In this document: positions 1 to 8,600 of the stretch, one piece after another | Layout: each line of letters starts with the position of its first letter | Position numbering within the stretch: position 1 is the first letter of the stretch | Sequence record: HE978309 | Direction: 5' to 3' (one strand) | Source of the DNA: Enterobacteria phage GEC-3S | DNA: 64,000 nucleotides | Position numbers and translations under genes: made by a program | The notes under the pieces: model-generated | The model's input: the letters and a program-made list of their open reading frames with translations, nothing else | What the model was told of the DNA's origin: nothing | Database searches by the model: none

Positions 1-68
1 GTATGTTGAGCAAAGACAGCGTAGGTAAAAACGCATACTTCCGTCGTGTATGGGTTAAAGGTTGCTAA
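1..68 (+). CDS. 23: Major capsid protein gp23, C-terminal fragment (5' end outside window)
   Basis: Frame-3 translation ...SVGKNAYFRRVWVKGC* matches conserved T4 gp23 C-terminus (...GKNAYFRRVYVKGI); gene 24 follows as in T4. Confidence 0.8.
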   Translation, partial: MLSKDSVGKNAYFRRVWVKGC

Positions 69-153
69 TATAAGCCATTTCTGAAAAACTCCGGTCGGGT
101 GCAATACCCGACTTATCATAAACCTTATGACAGTGTAAAGTGTTAATTCCAAA

Positions 154-182
154 GGGAAGACTCGAAAGGGTCTTCCCTTTTT
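154..182 (+). terminator. Rho-independent terminator downstream of gene 23
   Basis: GGGAAGAC / GTCTTCCC stem with 8-nt loop followed by TTTTT. Confidence 0.7.
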
Positions 183-198
183 GCGTATTATATCCCGT

Positions 199-206
199 TA
201 TAAATA
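199..206 (+). promoter_or_regulatory. T4-type late promoter core TATAAATA
   Basis: Exact TATAAATA directly after gene 23 terminator; downstream target unclear (small ORF at 568 is about 360 nt away). Confidence 0.4.
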
Positions 207-567
207 AGGTTGCAAGCCTATATTCTATTGGGAGCGAAAATAGATACACACAACAAAGACGGAAGATGCAGAACATCGGTGGGTCGCGAGCCTAAATCCA
301 GTGGCTATGATATGTGTGATTGCTTTTGATGCTGGATTTATTAAAACACAACAAACAATTCCACCAATTTTCGTAGTAACCGCATGGCAAAGGACCAATG
401 AATGAAATGAGCGTTCATGTTGATATTGTGTCGGATAGATTTGGTAGATATACAGATCTGGTGTATGTCGACCTTGTTATGGCATTCCAGCGTGACGCTA
501 GCGGTAATTTTTGGTTTTGGTACGCTGTTCCCTGAATTAACCCAAAATTCTCCATAAGGAGGAATGC

Positions 568-720
568 ATGAGTAAGAAAGAAAACAGCTATGTTATGACT
601 CGTAAGGAATACAACGAATTGATGTTAGCATTAGCTTATGCAATTATTCGTTCTGATCATGCAATTAATCTGGTAAACAAAGTTAACCGTAGCGTTGATA
701 ATGTTTCTAGGAAGAAGTAA
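568..720 (+). CDS. Hypothetical small protein (50 aa) between genes 23 and 24
   Basis: ATG preceded by AAGGAGG at 5-nt spacing; MSKKENSYVMTRKEYNELMLALAYAIIRSDHAINLVNKVNRSVDNVSRKK; below ORF-track size cutoff. Confidence 0.35.
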   Translation: MSKKENSYVMTRKEYNELMLALAYAIIRSDHAINLVNKVNRSVDNVSRKK

Positions 721-729
721 GTTTATTTT

Positions 730-758
730 GGAATCCTTCGGATTCCTTTTTCTTTTTT
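730..758 (+). terminator. Hairpin plus T-run terminator upstream of gene 24 promoter
   Basis: GGAATCC-TTC-GGATTCC followed by TTTTTCTTTTTT. Confidence 0.5.
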
Positions 759-759
759 G

Positions 760-767
760 TATAAATA
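760..767 (+). promoter_or_regulatory. T4-type late promoter (TATAAATA) for gene 24
   Basis: Exact TATAAATA about 38 nt upstream of gene 24 ATG. Confidence 0.6.
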
Positions 768-804
768 TGATATATCCATTAAGGCAAATACAGGATTCAT
801 AAAC

Positions 805-2046
805 ATGACTCATATTTTTACTGAACTGTTGCGGGAATCTACTTCCTCAGTAGCTAACCAGACAGCGCGACCGCAACTATTATCATTAACTCGCGCGGTA
901 AACAACCTGATTTTCTCTGATCTGGTAGCAATCCAGCCAACGGATCAACCAGTATCTGCATTGTACGGCCTACGTTATCTTAATCATGATGGTCAGATGA
1001 CTTTCCGAACTGCTGCAACCTACGGTGGCGCGGTTGGTGATCGCACAGAGATTGAAGAGTTTTCAAAAGAAAAATCTTATGACGAAGGCGCACTATTCAA
1101 ATCAGGCGATGTTGTATACGAAGTTGTGACCGCTGGTACAGTCGGTGAAGATGCCGCAACTCCAGAAGCTGCGATCTTTAAAGGCGTAATGACAAACAAA
1201 ATTCGTTTCTATAGCGATTGTGCATCGGTAGAATACTTTGAAGATAAAAACACCGAAATTGCGTCTACCTCTATGCAGTTTGACAAGTGGCAAGTTAATG
1301 TAGGTTCTCGTAAACTGAAAACCTCGTTCACCACTGAATTAATGCAGGATCTTGAGGCAAGCCAAATCAACTCTGAAAACTCTGTAATTGATCTTCTGGC
1401 TACTGTTGCTTCCGAAGAGATCAACAAAGATATTATTCAGAAGTTGATCACTGTATCATCTCGCTATAAAATTAAAGGGATCACCCCTGATGGCGTACTT
1501 TCTCTCGTTAGCGTTCAGGATGCACCAACACAAGCGCGTGAACTTTACCGCTATGCTTGCGAGATGAGCAATCAAATGTTGCGGACTTCCTCCTTTGCTG
1601 GTACATACGTTTTGGCGTCTTCTCGCGTGGTTGGCCTCCTGCAATCTTCCGGTTGGATGGAAGAAACCGACAATGCTCTAAGCGAAGGTCGTCTACGTTG
1701 CGGTCTGGAAGTGTACGCAGACACGACAACACCTTTCGATTATATGCTCGTTGGTTGTAAGCACATGATCGGTGATATGGAGAGTGTAGGTTCTCTGTTC
1801 TACTCCCCATATACAGAAGCCGACGGCGCTGGCGCGTATAAGAGTGTAATTGACCCTAATAGCTTCCAGCATCATGTAGCTATTATGAATCGTTATTCAC
1901 TCTCTGTCAACCCATACACATCAAAAGTTGATCAGGAAGAACACCAGGTCATCAAGGGTGACGATTGGGGTAAAATGGCTGGACGTTCAGAAATGTCCTA
2001 CATTTTAGGAATCGAACTGCCACCGCTTGAGATTGACAACGCTTAA
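805..2046 (+). CDS. 24: Head vertex protein gp24 (gp23 paralog)
   Basis: MTHIFTELLREST... aligns with T4 gp24 (MAKINELLRESTT...; SRKLKT..ELAQDLEA; MAGRS); ORF-track ORF 757 starts at TTG, first ATG with AGGA at 805. Confidence 0.9.
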   Translation: MTHIFTELLRESTSSVANQTARPQLLSLTRAVNNLIFSDLVAIQPTDQPVSALYGLRYLNHDGQMTFRTAATYGGAVGDRTEIEEFSKEKSYDEGALFKSGDVVYEVVTAGTVGEDAATPEAAIFKGVMTNKIRFYSDCASVEYFEDKNTEIASTSMQFDKWQVNVGSRKLKTSFTTELMQDLEASQINSENSVIDLLATVASEEINKDIIQKLITVSSRYKIKGITPDGVLSLVSVQDAPTQARELYRYACEMSNQMLRTSSFAGTYVLASSRVVGLLQSSGWMEETDNALSEGRLRCGLEVYADTTTPFDYMLVGCKHMIGDMESVGSLFYSPYTEADGAGAYKSVIDPNSFQHHVAIMNRYSLSVNPYTSKVDQEEHQVIKGDDWGKMAGRSEMSYILGIELPPLEIDNA

Positions 2047-2634
2047 CTAAATATCTAACCAAGACAAGTCAGATCCGCCCAAGATTTTTTCGACGGCGGA
2101 TCTATTTTCTTGATGATATAAGTTAAAACATGGTATCCCATGTCTACGGGCAACATAAACAGCAATTCGAGTTCCTCCCGAAACGATTCCATTAACTTCT
2201 TTCGCCCAGAATATCACACAATCTACAGGATCATCAAGTGTCTCACCTAAGACTTGAGCAACATTTCTAGAAAACAGATTTTGCATGTATAACGGTATAG
2301 AACGAGGATTATCATAAACGTGTTCTAATTCATCCATCGCCAGATTTTTTTGTTCTAAGGTTTGCCATGCAATCACATCATGACCGTTATGCTTGTGGTC
2401 ATAAAACTTCCAATTTGGAATGAAAATTTTTCTATAATCTGGATCGTAATACTTCATGAAAGCATTGTCCATACCGTAAGCCCCTCCAGAATGCGCTACA
2501 ACGCGATTTTCTGACAATACCCTCCCAATGGTACTAGCCATTATCAAAATGTCGCTAGGCGCTTTTCTAGAGCCGATTAAAGCACATCTACGAAGTGGTT
2601 TTACTCCAAATAGATCTTGTAACTGGTCAAACAT
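2047..2634 (-). CDS. DprA/Smf-like Rossmann-fold protein
   Basis: Motifs IGSRK, SGGAYGMDNA, FSRN, GGTRIAVYVARRHGIPCF resemble DprA Rossmann domain; GGAGG RBS; function inferred. Confidence 0.6.
   Translation of the reverse strand: MFDQLQDLFGVKPLRRCALIGSRKAPSDILIMASTIGRVLSENRVVAHSGGAYGMDNAFMKYYDPDYRKIFIPNWKFYDHKHNGHDVIAWQTLEQKNLAMDELEHVYDNPRSIPLYMQNLFSRNVAQVLGETLDDPVDCVIFWAKEVNGIVSGGTRIAVYVARRHGIPCFNLYHQENRSAVEKILGGSDLSWLDI
2071..2111 (+). terminator. Possible terminator for gene 24 embedded in 3' end of convergent gene
   Basis: 9-bp stem AGATCCGCC/GGCGGATCT with long loop followed by T-rich run; weak. Confidence 0.3.
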
Positions 2635-2786
2635 AATATTTCCTCCATAGAAAGCAATATCATACTACAAGTTAATAACAAATACAAGTATCCGCGTAGC
2701 GGAAGCGAGCACAGCGAGCAATAAAACACTTCCAGTAATTGATTAATAAATGTTCGAAACAAATTTTTATTATTCTATAAGATAAG

Positions 2787-2812
2787 TCTTCGTTTTGATC
2801 ATAATTTAATCA
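2787..2812. repeat. 26-bp direct repeat, copy 1 (TCTTCGTTTTGATCATAATTTAATCA)
   Basis: Perfect 26-bp repeat in AT-rich intergenic region upstream of DprA-like gene. Confidence 0.8.
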
Positions 2813-2935
2813 TACATGTAAAAACTACACAAAAGGATATCGCTTCGCGAACTCCTACGGAGTATAACATTTGTGTTACAATATGTAGTGATTAATAATT
2901 AACCAAAGATACATTTTCTATGTTCTAAAGATCTT

Positions 2936-2961
2936 TCTTCGTTTTGATCATAATTTAATCA
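2936..2961. repeat. 26-bp direct repeat, copy 2
   Basis: Identical to copy at 2787-2812, 149 bp apart; nearby TGATTAATAA also duplicated. Confidence 0.8.
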
Positions 2962-3011
2962 AACAGTATTAATATTGTGCACATGTAAACTAAAATTATG
3001 TTAATAACAGA

Positions 3012-3040
3012 TACAAAAAAGCCGCCCCAAAGGACGGCTA
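3012..3040 (-). terminator. Terminator after minus-strand gene 3048..3485
   Basis: A-run / AGCCGCC..GACGGCT hairpin on plus strand (hairpin plus U-run on minus transcript). Confidence 0.5.
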
Positions 3041-3047
3041 ATGTTAA

Positions 3048-3485
3048 TTATTTGTTGATAACGATCTGATTTCGGCGAATGGTAACATTACTCTTAGAGA
3101 TGATCAGATCATCCGGCACTACGTTAGTTTTGTATGGTTGGAAGCGAACAAGCATCTGATTGCGTTTAGACCCTTCCTTAATCTTGATTTCCATCTGGAT
3201 ATTGTTGCCTACGTGAGCAACCGCAATTTCACCTTTATTCTCATAGACCCACTTGCTGGTAACGTCTCCAGCAAAAGCCTTAATAACTTGCAATGCTTCG
3301 TCGTATGCGGTAGAGCTGTGAACTTTCAGAAGGCCAGCCGTAGCAAGACGTGAGCAGGTGATCGCCGGAGATTGCCAAACATCAACATTAATTTGCTCAA
3401 TCAGAGTAACACCGCCCTGATCAACTGCTTTGAATGCTTCGAACATTGCCTTTTTCATTGCTACGTGGTTTTTACGGAATTTCAT
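3048..3485 (-). CDS. Hypothetical protein (145 aa)
   Basis: ORF with GAGGTG RBS; no recognised domain. Confidence 0.6.
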   Translation of the reverse strand: MKFRKNHVAMKKAMFEAFKAVDQGGVTLIEQINVDVWQSPAITCSRLATAGLLKVHSSTAYDEALQVIKAFAGDVTSKWVYENKGEIAVAHVGNNIQMEIKIKEGSKRNQMLVRFQPYKTNVVPDDLIISKSNVTIRRNQIVINK

Positions 3486-3531
3486 AATTAGTCACCTCTA
3501 TTGATTAGTTATTCAGAATATTAATTACAAA

Positions 3532-3807
3532 TCAGGACATTGCCCTTTTGAATGCGTCCATTATAACAGTGTTATTTGGCTTGTCAACACGTTTTTGAAC
3601 TTTATTTTTAAATTTTTTGTTGATGTGGTGTTTACGATAAACAACCTTTTCACGGTTGGCGTAAGCCTCGCGTGCGTCTTTTACCATCAACCATGCCTTA
3701 GCCGCATCTTGTCCGCTGATCCCGCCAATCTTCTTAGCAATATCAACAAAATTAAGACCGTGGTCTTCGCGTAGCATGTAAACCATTAACGCTGTTTTCT
3801 TGTCCAT
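3532..3807 (-). CDS. Hypothetical protein (91 aa), translationally coupled
   Basis: Internal ATG at 3807 overlaps stop of upstream gene (TGATG); ORF-track ORF extends to 3915. Confidence 0.45.
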   Translation of the reverse strand: MDKKTALMVYMLREDHGLNFVDIAKKIGGISGQDAAKAWLMVKDAREAYANREKVVYRKHHINKKFKNKVQKRVDKPNNTVIMDAFKRAMS

Positions 3808-4004
3808 CACTTCGCCCCATTGACGATTAACAGGATAGTGATTAGCACCGGAAACTGGATCATGATAGTGCCAATAAACCGGATAAATGCATTTTCTGAC
3901 TTCCACACATGACATGCGACTAGCTGATAGACCATTGTTGAAACCAGAACTAGGATATAAACCGAAAGCGGTGTAACTTCGATTAGTCGGGAAATCTCAT
4001 TCAT
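3807..4004 (-). CDS. Small membrane protein (65 aa, two hydrophobic segments)
   Basis: GAGGTG RBS; hydrophobic runs LSVYILVLVSTMVYQLV and IMIQFPVLITILLIV. Confidence 0.5.
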   Translation of the reverse strand: MNEISRLIEVTPLSVYILVLVSTMVYQLVACHVWKSENAFIRFIGTIMIQFPVLITILLIVNGAK

Positions 4005-4131
4005 ACTTCACCTCATACATTCATAAACACAACAACGAATAATACAGTAACAGTTATCAACGCCATTTTCAACCCCATATTCATAATATGTTCTTCGCCT
4101 CACTATGGACAGTAGCATGTCGATGCGTGCC

Positions 4132-4160
4132 ATTATAGACATCTAAATCGCTCTGTCAAG
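4132..4160 (-). promoter_or_regulatory. Sigma70-like early promoter (TTGACA-17-TATAAT) for 3807..4004 gene
   Basis: Minus strand TTGACA and TATAAT with 17-nt spacer, immediately after hoc terminator. Confidence 0.45.
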
Positions 4161-4164
4161 CACA

Positions 4165-4196
4165 AAAACAAAAAAGCCACCCCGAAGGATGGCTGA
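4165..4196 (-). terminator. Rho-independent terminator after hoc
   Basis: A-run then AGCCACCCC-GAA-GGATGGCT hairpin on plus strand (hairpin plus U-run on minus transcript). Confidence 0.6.
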
Positions 4197-4205
4197 TAGA
4201 TTTCA

Positions 4206-5420
4206 TTAAGCAGGATGCGTTTCACGAATGCGTAGAACTCGCTCTAACGTATCTCGGTCCAGTTTATGTAACTCTTTGGAATGATACATGAAACCATTGC
4301 GAGATTCCATGCAAGTGCAATCACTATATTTTTCTTCCGCTGCCGCGATTGTCTCCAGATCTTTGGCGTACTTGCTGGTTGAATAAACTTCTCGATCACG
4401 CCACTCTAACCCAGACTCATTGAATTTAACAATCTCGTCAAATACCCACCATCCAATGTAGATAAATGAAGTTTTGCGCCACGGGATCGGATGTACGTAA
4501 CGAAACATTTTAACAACTTCCATTGAACATTTTCGGCTTGTACTTGCTGCAACTTCTACTGTTTCATCTTCGATCTGTTGATATAGTTTAGCAACACACC
4601 AGAATTTGGCTGTGTCATCGTAAGTAGCACTCTCTTTGAACAGATGACCGTCTGGAGTGATAGAAAATCCTTCCAGTGCTTCGCCGACCTCACTACCGAT
4701 CAGAGTCGGTGACATTTGCCCTTCGCGCTGCAAATACCAGTTATATTTGATCGTCAAATTAGGCATACCGCTAGAATCGCCTACAATGTTCTCTGACACA
4801 ACATAATTAAGTAAGATCTCATTACCTAGTGCCACGGTCTTTGATTCCACCACATCCTGATCTACGTTCATTGTTGCCAGCATTATTTTAGTCGATGCGC
4901 TAGCGGCTGAATCTTCCGACTCGCCCCACACTTTTACAGTATACACGCCGTTTTTATCTGCTGTAAATTCTTGGATCGTAATATCCTTTTTTGTGTCTAT
5001 AACGTCATCGCCCTTACTCCAACTATAATGTAGTTCATAGTTGTCTGCTGGAGTCTTCCCACCAGAAAAATTTACTGTTGCATGTAATTCTACGTCTTTT
5101 TGTGATGATACGTAGAAATGCTGCGGTTCGGTGATATTTACGATTAATTCAGCTTCTTCCATGAGGAAAACTTCAGATTCTACTGATGTCATCGTATCGG
5201 TATCTTGTACCGTTACTTTATAGCTACCCGCATTTTCACTTGTTGCGTCTGCTACAGTTAGCGTAGCTGTGCTATTTTCATGCGGTTGGTCGTCTTTTGT
5301 CCATGTATATGTCAAATTGCTGGGTAATGGTTCGTCACCCGCTACAGTCGCCGTTAAGGTGAAACCATCTCCAGCAAGAAAACATCTTTTGTTAGATTGT
5401 ATTGATACTGTGAAAGCCAT
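4206..5420 (-). CDS. hoc: Hoc-like outer capsid decoration protein with Ig-like domains
   Basis: Repeated Ig-like segments (TYTWTKDDQ...GSYKVTV, YSWSKGDD...GVYTVKV), C-terminal capsid-binding-like region; T4 position between 24 and uvsW. Confidence 0.8.
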   Translation of the reverse strand: MAFTVSIQSNKRCFLAGDGFTLTATVAGDEPLPSNLTYTWTKDDQPHENSTATLTVADATSENAGSYKVTVQDTDTMTSVESEVFLMEEAELIVNITEPQHFYVSSQKDVELHATVNFSGGKTPADNYELHYSWSKGDDVIDTKKDITIQEFTADKNGVYTVKVWGESEDSAASASTKIMLATMNVDQDVVESKTVALGNEILLNYVVSENIVGDSSGMPNLTIKYNWYLQREGQMSPTLIGSEVGEALEGFSITPDGHLFKESATYDDTAKFWCVAKLYQQIEDETVEVAASTSRKCSMEVVKMFRYVHPIPWRKTSFIYIGWWVFDEIVKFNESGLEWRDREVYSTSKYAKDLETIAAAEEKYSDCTCMESRNGFMYHSKELHKLDRDTLERVLRIRETHPA

Positions 5421-5515
5421 ATAAAGCCACTCCCATCGAAAATCCGAATTTAATTAATTGAAATAGTTGATTGTCATCAACCAGATAACCATTGCGAGAT
5501 TCCAATACATGAGTA

Positions 5516-5680
5516 TTAGAATAGTGATGCAACGAGGCCGAAATAGTATCGATCTCGTCTGGGTATTTGTTCTGCTATAAAGTCTGCTGTACTAACAACA
5601 ATCTTTAACAGAAGTGGATGACCAACGGAGCCATAAACCGGATCTTCTGTTTGATGTAATACATTGATTTTGTTAGACAT
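5516..5680 (-). CDS. Hypothetical small protein (54 aa)
   Basis: Internal ATG with AGAGGA RBS; ORF-track ORF extends to 5704. Confidence 0.4.
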   Translation of the reverse strand: MSNKINVLHQTEDPVYGSVGHPLLLKIVVSTADFIAEQIPRRDRYYFGLVASLF

Positions 5681-5760
5681 GTAGTATCCTCTTTTTAATT
5701 GCATAACGGAACTACAATTAAAATTATAACAAATATTTCACAACTTTTATCACCCAAAAA

Positions 5761-6486
5761 TTACTTGAGTGTGTGGAATTGGCTATGTTTAGTCTCTCGC
5801 ACCTTGACAGACCCATCGCGTTTGATATAATAGATCAGTGACTTGAGGGTGTCGTGTACATACGCGTGCGGGAAACGCTCTGGATACTTCTTCCAATCTG
5901 GAGTATTAACGATCCAGTCGAAAATCCACCACGGGCAGGAGTAGTAACCACGACCGCCACCGATCAAACAAATGGTCGGACGGAAACCAGTAAGATCGCA
6001 AAATGAATCAGTGTCATGTGCAGGAGAACGATGCTCTGCTTCGTCAGAGAAAATGTTTGCTACCGGAGATTTCACTTTAACTTCCGGTGCTTCTTCAACA
6101 TCTGACTTAACTTCTTCGACCACTGGTTCAACTGCTGGAGATTCTTCTTTTGTTTCTTCAATGACGATCTCAGGTTCTTTCATTGCTTCAACCAGAGACG
6201 GATCAACTTCGTCGAATACTACTTTATCATCTGCGGTATCTGCTGCCAGAATAAGATCGTTAATACTGGTTCCTTCTGCCGGAGTTTCTTCTTCCATTTC
6301 GGAAGCCAGTTTAGTTAATTCGGTTTCTACGAACTCGATCATGTTCTCTAACGAGAGCGTCTTTTTGACCTTTATATCAAATTGTTTTGCGTAGTCCGCT
6401 AATTCTGTTTTAGCGGTTTTCTGTGCTTCTTTGTCGTCGGACGCCGCAATAGCGCGGAGTTCTTCGAAATATTCTTTATCAAACAT
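5761..6486 (-). CDS. Hypothetical acidic protein (positional equivalent of T4 inh; homology not verified)
   Basis: 241-aa ORF with AGGAGA RBS, acidic central region, Cys/Trp-rich C-terminus; sits between hoc and uvsW. Confidence 0.5.
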   Translation of the reverse strand: MFDKEYFEELRAIAASDDKEAQKTAKTELADYAKQFDIKVKKTLSLENMIEFVETELTKLASEMEEETPAEGTSINDLILAADTADDKVVFDEVDPSLVEAMKEPEIVIEETKEESPAVEPVVEEVKSDVEEAPEVKVKSPVANIFSDEAEHRSPAHDTDSFCDLTGFRPTICLIGGGRGYYSCPWWIFDWIVNTPDWKKYPERFPHAYVHDTLKSLIYYIKRDGSVKVRETKHSQFHTLK

Positions 6487-6512
6487 GTTATTCTCCTGAT
6501 TGGGGGTGTTTG

Positions 6513-6520
6513 TATAAATA
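6513..6520 (+). promoter_or_regulatory. T4-type late promoter (TATAAATA) for uvsW
   Basis: Exact TATAAATA 37 nt upstream of uvsW ATG. Confidence 0.6.
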
Positions 6521-6556
6521 TTTGTATACTGTATTTATTGAGTGAGGCTATTCGCT

Positions 6557-8059
6557 ATGCAAGATATTAAAATTCACTTTCTGAACTACTCCCATGTTCA
6601 AATTGAATGTAGCGATTCAATTTTATTAGAAATGCGAGATTATTTTAGTTTTGAAGTCGAGGGAGCAAGATTTCAAAAAAGATTTAAGTATGGTGGATGG
6701 GATGGGCGTATTCGTCTTTTAGATTACAACGGAAAGCTGCCAATCGGTCTAACTAAAACCGTGGGAATCTTCGCTAAAAATATGGGCTATAGCGTATGGG
6801 TAGATCCTCGCTTATTCGAAAAAGAACAAGTTACAGAAGAAGAAATTACAAAATGGTGTAATGACTTAGAATTATATTCCGGTGCTAACAGGATCACCCC
6901 TCATTGGTATCAATCAAAGGCCGTCTTTGAAGGTATTCATCATAAACGCCGTATGTTAGTTTTGCCTACGTCCGCTGGTAAATCTGCGATTGCTTGTATG
7001 TTGTCTCGTTGGTACTTAGAGAATTACGAAGGGAAAGTGTTGATCATCGTTCCTACCACGTCGCTAGTGCTGCAAATGCGTGATGACTTTGTTGATTATC
7101 GCCAGTTTCCTTATGAAGCAATTCATACTATCATGAGCGGTACTAGTAAACACGTAGGTGATCGCCTGATCGTTGTTAGTACGTGGCAATCTGCATGTAA
7201 ACAACCTAGTGAGTGGTTCCAACAATTCGGGATGGTTATTGTTGACGAATGTCACAAGGCTACTGCTAAAAACCTGCTAAACATCGTTACTGATATGGAT
7301 CATTGCCAATTTAAGATCGGCATGACTGGTTCCCCTCGTGACGGGAAAGCTAACATGATGCAGTATGTCGGGCTTTTTGGTGATATTTCTAAGATCGTGA
7401 GTATTGACCGCCTGATGGAAGAAGGTCAAGTGACAAAACTGAAAATTAACTGCCTTTTCCTTCGTTATACCGATGAGGAATGTAGCGCGGTTAAGGGGCG
7501 AGAATATGCGGAAGAGATCAAGTATATTACATCTAACCCACGACGAAATAAGTTTGCTTGCAATTTGGCGCTAAAACTCGCTAAGAAGGGCGAAAACGTA
7601 TTCCTGATGTTCCGCAATACTAAGCACGGAAAACTTATGTATGATGCGTTACAGAAGGTACACGACAAGGTTTATTATATTGACGGTGGAGTTAAGACAG
7701 AAGAACGTGATGAATTTAAGAAAATGGCGGAGGGTGACACCGGGATCATTTGTGTTGCGTCTTATGGTGTGTTCTCTACTGGTGTTTCAATTAAGAATTT
7801 GCACCATGTTATTTTCGGTCATCCAGTGAAGGAATCAACTATCGTTCGTCAGAGTATCGGTCGTGCATTGCGTAAACATGGTTCGAAAGACATTGCAACG
7901 GTCTGGGATCTTATAGATCATCTGGCGGTGAAGACAAAGAGCAAGAATGCTAAGAAACAGTTTAGTCACCTTAATTATGCTCTTAAACATGCCCTTGAAA
8001 GAATAAAAATTTACAATACCGACCGATTCGAATATGTCACGAAAACCATCGAGATTTAA
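6557..8059 (+). CDS. uvsW: UvsW DNA/RNA helicase
   Basis: Strong similarity to T4 UvsW (FSFE..RF..RF.YG.WDGRIRLLDYN; LPTSAGKS; VDECH; ATVWDLID); GAGG RBS. Confidence 0.93.
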   Translation: MQDIKIHFLNYSHVQIECSDSILLEMRDYFSFEVEGARFQKRFKYGGWDGRIRLLDYNGKLPIGLTKTVGIFAKNMGYSVWVDPRLFEKEQVTEEEITKWCNDLELYSGANRITPHWYQSKAVFEGIHHKRRMLVLPTSAGKSAIACMLSRWYLENYEGKVLIIVPTTSLVLQMRDDFVDYRQFPYEAIHTIMSGTSKHVGDRLIVVSTWQSACKQPSEWFQQFGMVIVDECHKATAKNLLNIVTDMDHCQFKIGMTGSPRDGKANMMQYVGLFGDISKIVSIDRLMEEGQVTKLKINCLFLRYTDEECSAVKGREYAEEIKYITSNPRRNKFACNLALKLAKKGENVFLMFRNTKHGKLMYDALQKVHDKVYYIDGGVKTEERDEFKKMAEGDTGIICVASYGVFSTGVSIKNLHHVIFGHPVKESTIVRQSIGRALRKHGSKDIATVWDLIDHLAVKTKSKNAKKQFSHLNYALKHALERIKIYNTDRFEYVTKTIEI

Positions 8060-8102
8060 TAAATAGGGGATTTAATGCCCCTTTATTCTACGGAGATTAA
8101 AA

Positions 8103-8339
8103 ATGATTAGCTTTAAACGTTTTTTGGTTGAGGCCGCTATTGACGGTTTCATGCGTAAGATTTATTCTTGTAATACTATCGAGGGATTAAATGAACTTGA
8201 GGCATATTATGAGAAGCGCAAGAAAGAAACAGAATTGAAACCTGCTGATGATATTTCGATCCGTGATGCCATCGCTGGACGCCGTAAGCAATTGGAAGCG
8301 GACAACGAGCCAGAAGAGGAGCCGGAAGAGGATTTTTAA
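8103..8339 (+). CDS. uvsW.1: UvsW.1-like small acidic protein
   Basis: 78-aa ORF immediately after uvsW, same position and size as T4 uvsW.1. Confidence 0.8.
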   Translation: MISFKRFLVEAAIDGFMRKIYSCNTIEGLNELEAYYEKRKKETELKPADDISIRDAIAGRRKQLEADNEPEEEPEEDF

Positions 8340-8344
8340 GATAT

Positions 8345-8370
8345 AAAAAAGCCCCATCAATGATGGGGCA
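8345..8370 (-). terminator. Hairpin terminator after uvsY operon
   Basis: AAAAAA then GCCCCATC-AAT-GATGGGGC on plus strand. Confidence 0.5.
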
Positions 8371-8402
8371 AAATAAACCAATTAAAATCGGTTATCAACA
8401 AA

Positions 8403-8579
8403 TTACATTAACAGCATTGTTTGCTCTACGAGTTGTTCTTGTTCTTCGCCGTTCGCATCTTCACTAATCGAACGTTCTGTTACTAGCTGTAAGCAGTAGC
8501 CAGTGTGAACAACGCCGTTTTCTGTCTGGACTGATAACGCATCCTCGACAGGTTGTTTACAACAAATACAGATTTTCAT
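8403..8579 (-). CDS. Small Cys-containing protein (58 aa), uvsY.-2-like position
   Basis: ATG with AGGAGG RBS 7 nt upstream; MKICICCKQPVEDALSVQTENGVVHTGYCLQLV...; below ORF-track cutoff. Confidence 0.45.
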   Translation of the reverse strand: MKICICCKQPVEDALSVQTENGVVHTGYCLQLVTERSISEDANGEEQEQLVEQTMLLM

Positions 8580-8600
8580 AAAAATTCCTCCTGCATGTAT

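Noticed and set aside
55-813. Minus-strand ORFs 55..276 and 631..813 between genes 23 and 24
   Set aside because: They overlap the gene 23 3' end, its terminator, the late promoter and the gene 24 start; no RBS; local signals are plus-strand oriented.
1102-1875. Several 60-100 aa ORFs on both strands nested inside gene 24 (1102..1293, 1209..1427, 1456..1644, 1508..1810, 1557..1760, 1693..1875)
   Set aside because: They lie entirely within a well-supported conserved structural gene, mostly antisense, with no RBS or promoter signals; treated as spurious.
5761-6486. Confident assignment of this ORF as the prohead-protease inhibitor Inh
   Set aside because: Only position supports it; I could not verify sequence similarity to T4 Inh from memory, so it is left as hypothetical.
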